The notes beneath the pieces are model-generated. The model did no database searches, was not told the origin of the DNA, and worked only from the letters and a program-made list of their open reading frames with translations. Both the position numbers and the translations under genes were made by a program. A DNA stretch of 63,879 nucleotides, filler included, from Thraustochytrium aureum (Eukaryota): assembly GCA_012862495.1 (NCBI GenBank). It is 6 parts of 4 records of this genome, joined end to end, with 100 filler letters (N's around TTAATTAATTAA, not from the genome) between each part and the next. Parts side by side here need not be neighbours in the genome. Positions count along the whole stretch, not along the records: positions 1 to 28,370 come from BLSG01000062.1; positions 28,471 to 48,117 come from BLSG01000062.1; 4 more parts are not named here. One strand, written 5' to 3'. Below, piece by piece: positions 21,245 through 32,672 of this stretch (position 1 is its first letter; the number at the start of each line of letters is the position of its first letter).

Positions 21245-22601
21245 ATGGAGGTCGTCAGCGAGGAGAGCGTGCTGGTGGTCGCCGAGGAGATCGGGGTTGA
21301 CACGGAGGGCGTGCTGGCGCAGGTGGCCGCGGAGGTCGAGTTGAAACTGAGGCTCGTGGTGCAGGACGCCGTCAAGTTCATGCGGCGGTCAAGGCGGCAG
21401 CGCCTTTGCACAAAGGATGTTGACCACGCGCTACGCGTGCGCGGCTGGCCCTCGATCCACGGGTTCGGGTTCGCCGACCCGGACAAGTTTCGCTTCCTGC
21501 AGCACCAAAACGTGTTTTTCCTCGAGGAGGAGGACATTGACCTCACCAAGGTGATGGAGGACAGCCAAAAGGTCTTTCTGCCGCACAAGGTCCCGATCAA
21601 ACCGACGTTTGGTATCCACTGGCTCGCCGTGGACGGCGTGCAGCCGACGATCGCGGAAAACCCCCCAAATCCACCAGCCCCAAAACGTCGACCCGCGCAC
21701 GGCCGACGCGCTGCGCAACCCAGGCAGCGGGGCCAAGGCGCCAGCAGCCGGCACGGGGGGCACTACCGGGATCGCCTCGGTGTCCAAGCACCTCCTCTCG
21801 CGCGAGCTTTTGATCTACTACGACAAGGTAGTGTTCGCGGTCGTGGACTCTGCGCTCGGCAATCGCGGTGCCGCCGAATCGGTGTACGCCAGTCTGTCCA
21901 AAGACCCCGGGCTGCAGCAGCTGATGCCCTACCTGTCCAAGTTTATTTTCGACCAGGTGAACCGCAGCCTGTCCAACTTGGCGCTGCTGCAAGCCGTGAT
22001 GCGGTTGACGCGCTGCATCCTCGTCAACCCCCACCTGAACAAGGAGCTGTATTTGCACCAGATGATGCCGCCCATTCTGACCTGCATGGTGCACCGCAAG
22101 CTTTGCGCGTCGCCCTTTATGGATCACTGGGCGCTCCGCGACTTTGCAGCCACGCTCATCCCGCTCGTGTACTCGCAGTATGGCGAGATGTACAAGGACA
22201 TCAAGCCCCGCGTGACCAAGACCTTGCGCGACGCGCTGCTCGCCAAAGACCGACCCATGACAACGCAGTACGGCGCGATCGTCGGAATCGCAGTCATGGG
22301 GCCGCTCGCTGTTCAGGCGGTCTTGCTCCCGGTGATGCGCGACCTCTTCCGGCGGTTCAACAAGGCCATGCTTGAGACCTCGAGCGTGCTCAAGCGCCAC
22401 GAGGCGCAGCACTGCGTGGGGGCATTGCAGGCCGCGTTTGGAACCTATTTGCGTGCGTGCTCGTCCTCTGCTCTTTCGAAGGCGATTCTCCTCGAGGCGC
22501 ACGTCAAACCGGCGAGGTTGGTGGTTTCGGCGGCGGGCGAGTCTACACTGCCGTGGACCGCGCCGGCGGCAGCCAACTCGCACCTGCAGCTGTTCCTCTA
22601 G
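21245..22601 (+). CDS. TAF6: TFIID subunit TAF6
   Basis: Histone fold (QDAVKFMRRSRRQRLCTKDVDHAL), HWLAVDGVQPTIAENP, KHLLSRELLIYY, DPGLQQLMPY, HWALRDFAA; one frameshift at about 21680. Confidence 0.93.
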
Positions 22602-24030
22602 GCCGCCGAGCCTTCTCTGCCTCCTTTGCCTTTGCTTGTCTTTCGAACGAGAGGAAGGCCCGATGTCTGCGGGGAAGGGGCGATGGCGTTCGATCTTCAA
22701 GACGCGCTCGCAAGAGCCGGGCGTCAGCAAGTGCCGGCCAGCGATCCAGGCATGCTCCAACAAATCCGCGAGGTCTGGGTTGGAGATATCTCTACTAGTA
22801 GAGAGGACTAGCTCTGGAGCTCTGCGAGGGTAGTCACTCCGGTANNNNNNNNNNNNNNNNNNNNNNNNNNNNNNNNNNNNNNNNNNNNNNNNNNNNNNNN
22901 NNNNNNNNNNNNNNNNNNNNNNNNNNNNNNNNNNNNNNNNNNNNNNNNNNNNNNNNNNNNNNNNNNNNNNNNNNNNNNNNNNNNNNNNNNNNNNNNNNNN
23001 NNNNNNNNNNNNNNNNNNNNNNNNNNNNNNNNNNNNNNNNNNNNNNNNNNNNNNNNNNNNNNNNNNNNNNNNNNNNNNNNNNNNNNNNNNNNNNNNNNNN
23101 NNNNNNNNNNNNNNNNNNNNNNNNNNNNNNNNNNNNNNNNNNNNNNNNNNNNNNNNNNNNNNNNNNNNNNNNNNNNNNNNNNNNNNNNNNNNNNNNNNNN
23201 NNNNNNNNNNNNNNNNNNNNNNNNNNNNNNNNNNNNNNNNNNNNNNNNNNNNNNNNNNNNNNNNNNNNNNNNNNNNNNNNNNNNNNNNNNNNNNNNNNNN
23301 NNNNNNNNNNNNNNNNNNNNNNNNNNNNNNNNNNNNNNNNNNNNNNNNNNNNNNNNNNNNNNNNNNNNNNNNNNNNNNNNNNNNNNNNNTCCTGCTGCTG
23401 CTGCTGCTGCGGCGGCGGCGGCGGCGACAGCGTGCGTACGTGAATGCGCGCTCGCTTGCCCGGTGGAAGGCTGCCTGGACGGATGGAAGGAAGGTCTGTC
23501 AGGTTGCGGGACTCGGGGTTGACTTTCAACGGTCGCATCGAGATGTTTCGACCTCCAAGATGTGCCTCGAAGGACGATTTTTGTCACGCGGCGGAGCCCC
23601 AATGGCGAGTACGCAACACTGAATCAACGACCAAGCCAGCCGGCAGCGCGCGGGAGGAGCGGCTGTTGGCGCGGTTGATCAGCAGAGCGCGCAACTGCAG
23701 TGCGGCGTTGGTCCTTGTGCTGGTGTTGGGCTGCGAAGCCGGTTTTTTTTGCAGGCGTCAGCGGCGACGACGCGGCCGAGTTGCCACAGCAGGGCGAGAG
23801 AAGCGGGGTCTGCGGCTGCGGCGGCTGCGGCACTTGCTGAGTGGAGAGGACGCTGCTGTGCTGCTCAAGCACAGGTCGTTGCAGACCGTCGCGTTGGATC
23901 AAACCGTCACGCCTTGAGCTGCAGCGAGGCCGAGTTGCCGTGAACAACAAACAGGCTAGGAAAGTGCGCGACGAGCGCAGATCTGTCGCCACGGGCCTTG
24001 GTCTGGCCTGGAGCTGTACGGTCGCGGAGA

Positions 24031-24520
24031 ATGAACTCGGACGGATTCCATGGCGGAATGAGCCACGAAGAGGTCTTGTCCTGGTTTTCAGCCAAGCTGA
24101 ACCGCAAGCCGACGTCGGCTGACATTTATGCGGTGAGTAGCTCGGCTCGCATCGGCGCGCGAGCGAACGTGCACGGTTGCTGACGGTTTGTGCACGCTAG
24201 TTTGCGAAAGACTTTTATCATGCAGGCCAGTACGAAGAGGCGGCTCGGGCACTGGAGGTATACGCGTCTGTGCCAGGCAAGCAGCTGTCGGGCGTGCACC
24301 TTCTGGGATACGCGTACTATATGGCAGGAGACCTGTCCCGAGCCGTGGACGCCTTCAAGCAGTGCGTCAACGGTAAGTATCTGCTGCTCGCGACGGGTTG
24401 CAGGTTTGCAACGCTGACCGTGACCCTTCTTGCTGCTGTTTCTCAGACGGGTTTGACGCCGACTGGCAGCTTCTGATAGAGATCACGCACGAGCAGCTTG
24501 ACGGCCCACCTGGTGCCTGA
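24031..24520 (+). CDS. Small TPR-like protein, 3 exons (24031-24132, 24201-24372, 24447-24520), about 115 aa
   Basis: GTGAGT..GCTGAC..TAG and GTAAGT..GCTGAC..CAG introns join in frame: MNSDGFHGGMSHEEVLSWF...AKDFYHAGQYEEAARAL...HLLGYAYYMAGDLSRAVDAFKQCVNDGFDADWQLLIEI. Confidence 0.8.
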
Positions 24521-24630
24521 ACATCCTGCCATGGCTGCGCGTCTCAGGGCATTTGCGGAACCGCAGTCCGAGCGCACGGCAGGGACAAGTGCCTTGGCAA
24601 GTTCTGTTTCCATGTTTAGGCCTAGAAATA

Positions 24631-25677
24631 TCATGTGGACGGGCGCACGGCGGCGTCCCCTTCCTCGGCGCCATCGCCCTCCTCGAGCGCCAGCTCCTGC
24701 TTGATCTTGGCAAACTGGCGCCGTGCGTAGATGGTCACCAGCACGACGGCCACCACCGTTGCAACCCCGCCAGCAATGAAAAGCACGAGGCGGATAGTCG
24801 CTTCCTTGGGGTCCTCCTCGCAGAGCTCCGGGAAAACGGTGAGCCCGTTGGATGACATTGCCGTTTCGAAGGCGGCGCTCCCGACGAGAGCGCCGATAAA
24901 GACAAACGCAAAGGTCCCCGGGAGGATGCCGATGAGCGATCCCCAGAAGTAATCGCTGAAGGAACAGAGTGTGCTGCCCATGATAAAGTTGAACACGTTG
25001 AAGGGCACGATAGGGGAGAGCCGCAGCAAGAGCACAAGCTGAAACCCCTTGACTTGCAACGCCTTATCCAGCGCCTTTATCGTCGGAAACCGCTTCGCCC
25101 AGTGCTCGATGTGCTCGCGCAGCAAAAACCGACCCATGAGAAACGCGAGCACTGCGCCTGCTGTGGCGCCGACAATGACCGCGGTGCCGCCCACGACCGT
25201 GCCTACGCCAAGACCGAGCGCCGTCCCGAAGGCAACCCCGGACCCGATCGTCAGGACACTTCCCGGGATGAGCAAAACGGTCAAGACAGCGTAGATGATC
25301 GCTGTCGCGATCCACCCCGTGCCCGGGTTGTCGGCGATCCACTCGAGCATGGTGCTAAAGCCCACTGCGAGGCAGGACGACTCTCGGATGCAGGTTGGTG
25401 GCGAGTTCCCGTCAGAGTACCAGCCCTCTGCGGCGTCCACCTCTGTGCCGTTGACCCCGCACATGAACATTTGCCCTGGAGCGACCATGTTCTCCTCGAT
25501 GATATCAATCGAGCCTGCGCAAAAAAGTCTTTGAATGCGGTCCCCCTCGCCTTCGCTCGCCATGCAGGTTTGCGTCACGGCGTCAACAACCACCCACGAG
25601 ATCACGCCGACAAGAACGATTGCAACAGTGACTTGCTTCCACCTCCGCCGCAGGCACGACCTCTCATCGCCCTCCAT
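24631..25677 (-). CDS. TVP38/TMEM64 membrane protein, copy B
   Basis: Colinear with copy A along its whole length (CLRRRWKQV, GWYSD..SPPTC, LLRLSPIVPFNVFNF, EDPKEATIRLVL). Confidence 0.92.
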   Translation of the reverse strand: MEGDERSCLRRRWKQVTVAIVLVGVISWVVVDAVTQTCMASEGEGDRIQRLFCAGSIDIIEENMVAPGQMFMCGVNGTEVDAAEGWYSDGNSPPTCIRESSCLAVGFSTMLEWIADNPGTGWIATAIIYAVLTVLLIPGSVLTIGSGVAFGTALGLGVGTVVGGTAVIVGATAGAVLAFLMGRFLLREHIEHWAKRFPTIKALDKALQVKGFQLVLLLRLSPIVPFNVFNFIMGSTLCSFSDYFWGSLIGILPGTFAFVFIGALVGSAAFETAMSSNGLTVFPELCEEDPKEATIRLVLFIAGGVATVVAVVLVTIYARRQFAKIKQELALEEGDGAEEGDAAVRPST

Positions 25678-26829
25678 CTTGCCGTCCTGCTCGTCTCGCA
25701 CGACCGCGCTCATCGACGTCACCGGCGCCCGTGTCGCAACGGTCTCGGCCGCGCCTTGGAGCATACGTCGGCCTACTCCAAGCCCCGTGATCCGTGCGGT
25801 GCGCAGGCCCGCCGGTCTCCGATCGACAATGCTCCGGCTTTGCTCGTGTCGACCTCCAGCGGCGCGTTGGCGCTCTTGGCGCGTTGAGGGATTGATTGCA
25901 CGTCTTCGCATCGAGCACCCACTGCATACCGCTGCACACACTCACTCTACATCACGCCACATCCATCCGGCCGCGACGGAAGACCGACCGAGCGAGCAGG
26001 AGGCCGAGCACAGCCTCAACAGGCTACTCCAGTACCCAACGCAGAGTCCAGCAGGGCACCAGCAGCAGAGCACCAGCAGCTGCGCAGCACGAGCGAGCGC
26101 CCACGTGGTGGAGGCAAGCGTCAAGCCATCTCGAGACCATCGATAGATTCTCGGGACGAGCCACGACCTCCGACCTCGCAGACATCGCACACCCGCCGCC
26201 CATCAAGGCGCTCGCTCGGCTGCCTCCACGACGCCAACGGCACGGCAGTTTACGGCTGGCTGCTGGTTGCCGTTGGCCACGCGTCAACCATCAATCGGCC
26301 GCTGCGGCGTTCGTCCCTGGCGATCGACGTCCATGGCCTGCCGCGACAGGCTGGACCTGCGCGGGCGGCGTGAGTCGCGTTGGCCGTGGGCGCACTGAGA
26401 GTGGTACTCTTTGAGTTCGCACGAGGTACTCTGCTCAGCTGCTGGGCGCCTGGGCGCCTGCGCGCCTGAGCGCGAGCGCCTGCGGCGAATTGCGCGCCGC
26501 CCGAGATGGCTTGCGCCCATGTCGCCTGGCGGCCTCGGCCCTCGGTCGATCAGCCCACCGGCGAGCCCGGCGTCGGCGGCCTCGGCCGGCGCNNNNNNNN
26601 NNNNNNNNNNNNNNNNNNNNNNNNNNNNNNNNNNNNNNNNNNNNNNNNNNNNNNNNNNNNNNNNNNNNNNNNNNNNNNNNNNNNNNNNNNNNNNNNNNNN
26701 NNNNNNNNNNNNNNNNNNNNNNNNNNNNNNNNNNNNNNNNNNNNNNNNNNNNNNNNNNNNNNNNNNNNNNNNNNNNNNNNNNNNNNNNNNNNNNNNNNNN
26801 NNNNNNNNNNNNNNNNNNNNNNNNNNNGG

Positions 26830-27754
26830 AGCCTCGTGCCGTTCAGCTACGCGAGCCCGTTCCACAACCCGAAGGAGCTGCGGGAGAGGCGGTTCACGCT
26901 GGCAGGGTAAGGGCGCGCGTGCAAGGGCCAGCGCGTTTTTGGGCCGTGGCATGGCGGCTGACAACTCGCGCGCATGGCCTAGCGCCGACCTCGTTGTGCA
27001 GCAAAACTGGCGCGCGGACGGCAAGGGCGGGACCGAGCTGGGGTTCGGCGCTGCCGTGTATGAGGCCGCCTTCCTTCTCTCCGACTACTTGCAAATCCAC
27101 GACAGCATCGTGCGTGGCAAGCGCGTTCTCGAGCTCGGTTGCGGCGTGGGCCTCGTGTCCATCGTGAGCGCCTTGCTTGGGGCGCGAGCCCCTGTTCTGG
27201 CTACCGACGGAGATGAGGCCTCCGTTGCGTTGGCCCGTGCCAATGCTTCGCGCAACGGTCTCGAGAGCCAGGTCGCCTCTGCCTCGCTCCGTTGGGGTTC
27301 GGCGTCTGCCGCGTCTGCAGTAGCGCAGAGCGGTGGGGCATTCGATGTCGTGCTTGGTGAGTGACTGAGTGACTGAGCGGCGCTTGCCGGGTTGGATCTC
27401 GGGGTGTCGGGTTGGGGCTGACAGCGTCCCGGCCCAATCAGGCGCCGACATCGTTTGCTTTCCGTACAAGCGCTCCTTTGACGCCCTCCTAGAAACCCTC
27501 GTGGAAGTGAGCCGCCCAGGCACCGCAGGTACGTCTTGCCGCTTGAGGGGCGGCGCGTGGTGCCTTCCTGCTGACGCCAGCGCTCCAACCTACTAGTGTG
27601 GATCGCCCACAAGCCGCGAGACCCCTCCGAGCGGGCCTTCTTCGCGCGCCTCGGCAAGCGCGGCTTCGAGCTTCGCGACCGGATTGGGCCAGAGGCGCTA
27701 CACGGCGACTTTCTGCACGAGGGCATCTCCCTGCTCCACTTTGTGCGCCAATGA
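26830..27754 (+). CDS. METTL21/Methyltransf_16 family protein-lysine methyltransferase; introns 26907-26982, 27357-27441 and 27529-27596; 5' end in gap
   Basis: GFGAAVYEAAFLL, RVLELGCGVG, LATDGD, LRWG, FDVVLGADIV; three GT-AG introns with CTGAC branch points splice in frame. Confidence 0.88.
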
Positions 27755-28305
27755 TCGGCACGCAGGAGCAAGATTGTGGTATACTCTACTCTAAGTAGAG
27801 TACATCTGTATGTCAGACCTGAGGTTTGAGCAAAACCACACCGGCAGAGTTGCACGCAATGCCGGCGGCACGAGCTTGTCTTGCAACAACTTCCGAGAAC
27901 AGTCCCCTGTCAGCGCGAGTGATCATGTGTGACGTAGCTACGTACAGTCCCCTGTCAGCGCGAGCGATCATGCGTTGGTCGAGTGTCTCCTGCACGTCGG
28001 CGAGAACGTCGTTGACACTGATGAACCCACCACCCGGCGCACAAAACCGCACCGCAGCGACCTACCAACGTACATACATACGCCGACGTCCCCATCCCCG
28101 ACTCGCTCGCCAGTGGCGCCAGGCCTCCTTGATTGCGCCAAACCAAGGCGGCTCTCGAGGTACTCCTGTACAACAATAAACAAGTACTTGGGAGTACTCA
28201 AACCACTCCGGGAGGCCGGCGCCTTCATCCCCACCATCTCGAAACCACCTGGTTTCGCCCTGTGTTCCTGGCGCACTCGCAGACCCGCAACGGCAAAGGT
28301 CGCCC

Positions 28306-28370
<65 letters not shown>
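28306..28370. repeat. (CAG)n microsatellite at a scaffold end
   Basis: About 21 CAG units. Confidence 0.95.
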
Positions 28371-28470
28371 NNNNNNNNNNNNNNNNNNNNNNNNNNNNNN
28401 NNNNNNNNNNNNNNTTAATTAATTAANNNNNNNNNNNNNNNNNNNNNNNNNNNNNNNNNNNNNNNNNNNN
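28371..28470. other. Artificial scaffold spacer N44-TTAATTAATTAA-N44 (also at about 48118-48217, 56169-56268, 58891-58990 and 62344-62443)
   Basis: Identical 12-mer with stops in all six frames, centred in a 100-nt N block, five times. Confidence 0.97.
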
Positions 28471-28920
28471 CGGCACCGTTCGCCCCACATGCGGCGGCGA
28501 TTCATGGTGTTTCTCTTGCTGAGCGGGTGACGCAGGCCCAGGCCCGTGCTCGAGGTGTGTCATTGCGGAGTCCATGTCATCAACGCCTGTACTTGCTTCG
28601 ATGGCAGGTCGCGGATGGGCTCTGGAGGCTCCCAGCCGGGCCAGTTTATCCGGCACGGCGAGCGAGGCGACGAGAGCAACAGCTGCGAACATCGCAATCA
28701 CCAAGACCACAACCCGCGATGTGACTAGCGACCTTGGCGCCGCGGCCCGCTCATCGGAATCGATATGGCCAACAAAGGCCTTTCGCTCCTGGCTCTTGAC
28801 TTCGTCTCCTGGCCGGGCGGGCACCTCGCTCGGCGCAGCATCTCTGGCCTCCACATCCTCCTCATCCGAGGCACTAACTCTCCTCCACCCCTCCGCAAGC
28901 CTCGTCCTTTCAGAGAGCAT
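28471..28920 (-). CDS. N-terminus of a type II single-pass membrane protein, truncated by the scaffold end
   Basis: MLSERTRL... acidic cytosolic part, then TM segment VVVLVIAMFAAVALVASLAV. Confidence 0.5.
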
Positions 28921-30382
28921 CGCGTCGCCCAGCCAGCTCGCCGGTCGTACGTTGTGCCCCGCACGTTTTACACCCAAGCGTGCGTGGTCGTACACCGTGC
29001 AACCGACGCAGCCAGCGCGCCCAGCCCAAGGCAGTCCACAGCCTCGGGAGCGTGGTCGCCGCCGCTATTCTAGAGCAAGGTACCGTCTGCTTCGCCGTCA
29101 GCCAGCTGTTGCCAGCTTCACGTGCACGCGCGTTGGCTGCCTGGGCGAGCCTTCGCTGATTGGAGTCTGCATGGAGCGAGCGAGCGAGCGATGGTCGAGT
29201 CTCGCCACAATCGTTGCAACCCTGCGCCTCTCCTCACGGCCAGCAGCGAACAGACAACAGTCAGGACTCTACTACATTGCCGATGTAGTAGAGGCGCTCT
29301 CTCCGCCCGCTCCCTGGGCTCTTGGCGGGCGCGATGGGAGGCAGGGGAGGGAGCATGTGCCCTGCGGCACTCGTCAGCTTGGCCAACAACAACGACGACG
29401 AGAGCGCTCTTCAGCTGGCGCTGGCACTCGTGCAGGTTGCCCGACGTGCTGTGCACGATTGGCTCGGTGGCCAGGCTGCTACTCCGACCAACTGTCGCCT
29501 CCTGTGAAGCCGGCTGATTGAGCGACCGCTCACGCGGCACGCTGGAAGCAGTACTTCAAGAGCGTCAAGAGTTTGAGATGTAATTTTACATTTGCTTGGG
29601 CTGGCGGGTCGCCGTTGCTCTGGTCTGCGGCGCGCGTTGACGCGATGAGGCGGATGCAGTGCGAGGCCCGAGGATCGCTCGCCGTGCGGTGGGAGGGCGG
29701 GCGTCCCTTCTCTGCTGGCAGGAACGCGTCGTTGCTGGACCAACGGAAGGCATGGCTTCAAGTTGTCCGCGGTTTGCAGACCGCGAATCCTTCTGGCAGC
29801 CAACCGTCTACACCCCACTCTACCTGCCCTCCCAGGCTACTCTAATGCTCAAGAACGTGGAGCACTCGCTCCACAGGCCGAGGAGGATGATGAGGCAGAC
29901 GAAGTTGGTGCGCAGGCCGGAAGGCTAGCGCGCCAGGCCCAGCAGAGCTGTGCACAAACCGCCGCAACGGAATTCCATGTTAGAGTACTCTACCCTACTC
30001 TACCCCAAGAAGCCGAAGCCGAGCCGCCCCGCTATCGGTGCCGTCTGTGGCATCGTGCCTCGCCGCTCGCTCGCTCGCTCGAAGCCGTTGCTACCTACCG
30101 GTCGCCCGCCCGCGAATAAGTCCCACGAACAATCAAGTCCCGAGTGATCACGGCCAGGTCCGAGCTGTTCTGTGTTCTTCGGGACAACGATCAATTCCCT
30201 GTGGATGACCGTTACGGTTTGGCCGATTTGGCGCTGTCCGAAATGCTCGAGCGCCCGATTTGTGGCGCGGCAGAGGCCGAACCAGCGACTGCAGCAGGCG
30301 CAGCAGGCGCAGCTGGAGCACAAGAACAAGTGCGTTGAGCTGTAGAGCGTGTTGGTTTCGGCCCTTGGCGCGGTTTGCCAGC

Positions 30383-30934
30383 ATGTCGGCCAAGGTTTTG
30401 GTCGTTGGCCCGGAGCAGTCTGGCAAGACGTCCGTGACCAATGCGCTCGCCGGCGTGATGGCCAGGCCTGAGGATGGCAACGAGTCGCTGAGGGATTTGC
30501 CGTACAGGCCGACGGCTGCGGTGCGCGTGGTTGAGTTTGAGGTGGCGCTGTCTGGGAACCAGGCGAGGCGCTGGAACGGGGAGCGCAGAGTCGAGGTAGA
30601 GCTCTGGGATTGCTCGGGCAACACAAAGTTCGAGTCGTGCTGGCCGGCGATTCAAAAAGACGTGGACGGTGTGCTGTTGGTCTACAACCCGGAGAACGCT
30701 GCGCAGAGCTCGGAGGTGCAAACCTGGTACGAATGGTTCGTGCAGAAGGCTGGCTTGCGGCCAGAACAGTGCTTGATCTTCGCGAACGACCGGAACAGCG
30801 GGCACGACGACCCGCGTGGCAAACCGCCGCCTGCCCTTGACGACTGTGAGCTGCTGTACACGGACGCGGACGACGTGGAGAAGATGCGCGACGCGTTCAA
30901 GGACCTCGTTGGCGCCATCGGCGCGTTCAAGTAG
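30383..30934 (+). CDS. IFT22: Intraflagellar transport protein 22 (Rab-like 5)
   Basis: KVLVVGPEQSGKT, YRPTAAVRVVEFE, VELWDCSGNTKFESCWPAI, GVLLVYNP; no G4/G5 motifs. Confidence 0.92.
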   Translation: MSAKVLVVGPEQSGKTSVTNALAGVMARPEDGNESLRDLPYRPTAAVRVVEFEVALSGNQARRWNGERRVEVELWDCSGNTKFESCWPAIQKDVDGVLLVYNPENAAQSSEVQTWYEWFVQKAGLRPEQCLIFANDRNSGHDDPRGKPPPALDDCELLYTDADDVEKMRDAFKDLVGAIGAFK

Positions 30935-31363
30935 CTGCATCGCGGGAGCGGTGACTCCGCGCAGGCCCCTCCAACCAGCCAGTTGTTTTTCACCAACCGG
31001 CTGTTTTTATCAAAGGGCTGCTCGGGGCGTGCCGGCACACGCTGCATCCCTTCTTTCTCCCTCAAGCGCCAGCTAGAGCTGGCTCTACTAGAGCTGTAGA
31101 GAGAACACGGGCGCTGCGGTATGCCTTTCGAGCCAGAGCTTCTATTAGCCCGCTTTGCACGAGAGAAGAGCGTCGAAAGCGGCTTTTGGCACAATGCGAA
31201 CGGAGCGGCCAAGCGTGCCAGGCGCCTCGAGCGTCAGCGACAAGCCCCCCGCATCCACCAACGTCCCCCGAGATTTTTGGATTGAATCATTTCGCTCGTT
31301 ATGATCTGATTCCCTACGGCCCAGGTGCCTCGTTGGCAACCGCGCAAAGCCGACGAGAAGCCC

Positions 31364-32446
31364 TTAGTTGTTGTTGTTGCCGCCGGATTTCAGCTTGCAT
31401 GGGACCAAGCAACCGCAGCAGTAGATCTCGTACAGAAGGCAAGACATGCCCCCATTCGGCTCCTGCTGGCACAGCGAGCCGTTCTCAAAGAACATGTAGT
31501 CAAGCAGTATTGCGCTCGCCAGCAGGCTCGCGCGCTTTTCCATGTCAACGTCACCAGGGACCTCCACCGTGAAGACATCTGCCTCCGTAAACAACTGGTC
31601 AAACCCCCCGCCAAAGCCTTCCGGCATCTTCTTGACGACCTGTCCGAACGGCTTGTTCTCGTTGGCCGGCTCGAGCAAAGAAAAGTGCGTATCGACACAC
31701 AGCTCGCTGCAGCCTCCGATGCAGCAGGTCGGCCCTTCAATGCGCGCAAACATCGCGTCATTCCGGTCCATCACCTCGAGTTGCGGCGTGAACGAGCACC
31801 CCGAGGCCTCCAACGTGTTGCCGACAACCTCGCCTCCCGGACCGTGCGTGATGACTTGCCCGGCACACGAATCAGAGAGGGTGAAGCAGTGAAAGCACTT
31901 GAAAGGCTTGTGGGCAGAGAACGCAACTGTGCCCTGAGGCACACCTACGCGTGCGTCGAAAAAGACTATGTTTGCTTCATGCATGGGCTGGAGGCAGGCG
32001 CGCGAGCACATCTCGCTGTCTTCCTCGGCAACCAGCAGGTGCTGCTGTGTGGCGAGATCATAAATGTCGTATTTGTTGCGAAACTCGGCGCACGGGACGC
32101 AAAGCTGCACGAGGGCCTCCATGTGCTCACGACGCTGGCGAATCACAAACGTGTTGCTGCCCTCGATGGCAGCCCAGCCTCCAATCTTGGTTGTCGTTGT
32201 CACAAACTGCTCCCCATTCTGGCCCTGGTGCATCTGCATGCCAGGCGTCGGGAATGCCCCTGCATTCATCGTTTGCACCATCGGCGCAGCCACGAGACCG
32301 ACAACATTCGCCTCAGGGACAGCAGTTGGCACACGCAATGGCTCGGTCTCAACAAGGTGCGCCTCGGCCACAACAGCTTCCCCGGCCTCAAACTTCGCCT
32401 TCGCCTTTGCGATATCATCTTCAGGCACGACTTTGGCGGGGGACAT
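31364..32446 (-). CDS. Phospholipid scramblase (PLSCR/tubby-like) family protein
   Basis: EFRNKY, AEEDSEMCSRAC, IEGPTCC, FTEADVFTVEVPGDVDMEKRASLLASAILLDYMFFE. Confidence 0.88.
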   Translation of the reverse strand: MSPAKVVPEDDIAKAKAKFEAGEAVVAEAHLVETEPLRVPTAVPEANVVGLVAAPMVQTMNAGAFPTPGMQMHQGQNGEQFVTTTTKIGGWAAIEGSNTFVIRQRREHMEALVQLCVPCAEFRNKYDIYDLATQQHLLVAEEDSEMCSRACLQPMHEANIVFFDARVGVPQGTVAFSAHKPFKCFHCFTLSDSCAGQVITHGPGGEVVGNTLEASGCSFTPQLEVMDRNDAMFARIEGPTCCIGGCSELCVDTHFSLLEPANENKPFGQVVKKMPEGFGGGFDQLFTEADVFTVEVPGDVDMEKRASLLASAILLDYMFFENGSLCQQEPNGGMSCLLYEIYCCGCLVPCKLKSGGNNNN

Positions 32447-32672
32447 TCTCCAGCAACGGTTGGCCGCGCGTTGTTCCCTGGCTTTGCAATCTAGCACCTA
32501 TGGCCCTTTGCGCGCGCTCGCCGAGCACGTCACGCTCTCCTTGGTGGCGATGGTGCTGCTGGTGCTGCTGCTGGTGGACTGCTGGCACCGGCCAGTCCGG
32601 CAGCTGCGCAGTCCAGAAAAACACCGTTTCTACATGGTAGATCAACGGATAGAGTTGACCGTTAAGACCCGC

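Noticed and set aside
21660..21700. Frameshifts in TAF6, RPL12, TPT, WS/DGAT, MAPEG, SLC35F, LACTB2-A and RhoGAP as programmed frameshifting or pseudogenes
   Set aside because: They affect essential genes, several fall in homopolymer runs, and the assembly is a gappy draft. Sequencing indels are the simplest explanation.
23390..23992. Possible minus-strand gene upstream of the TPR gene
   Set aside because: Low-complexity ORF fragments running into a gap, with no motif or consistent frame to support a call.
28415..28426. TTAATTAATTAA repeated five times (PacI-like or piggyBac TTAA-like motif)
   Set aside because: Always centred in exactly 44+44 Ns, so it is an artificial six-frame-stop scaffold linker. 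Gene adjacency across these points is meaningless.
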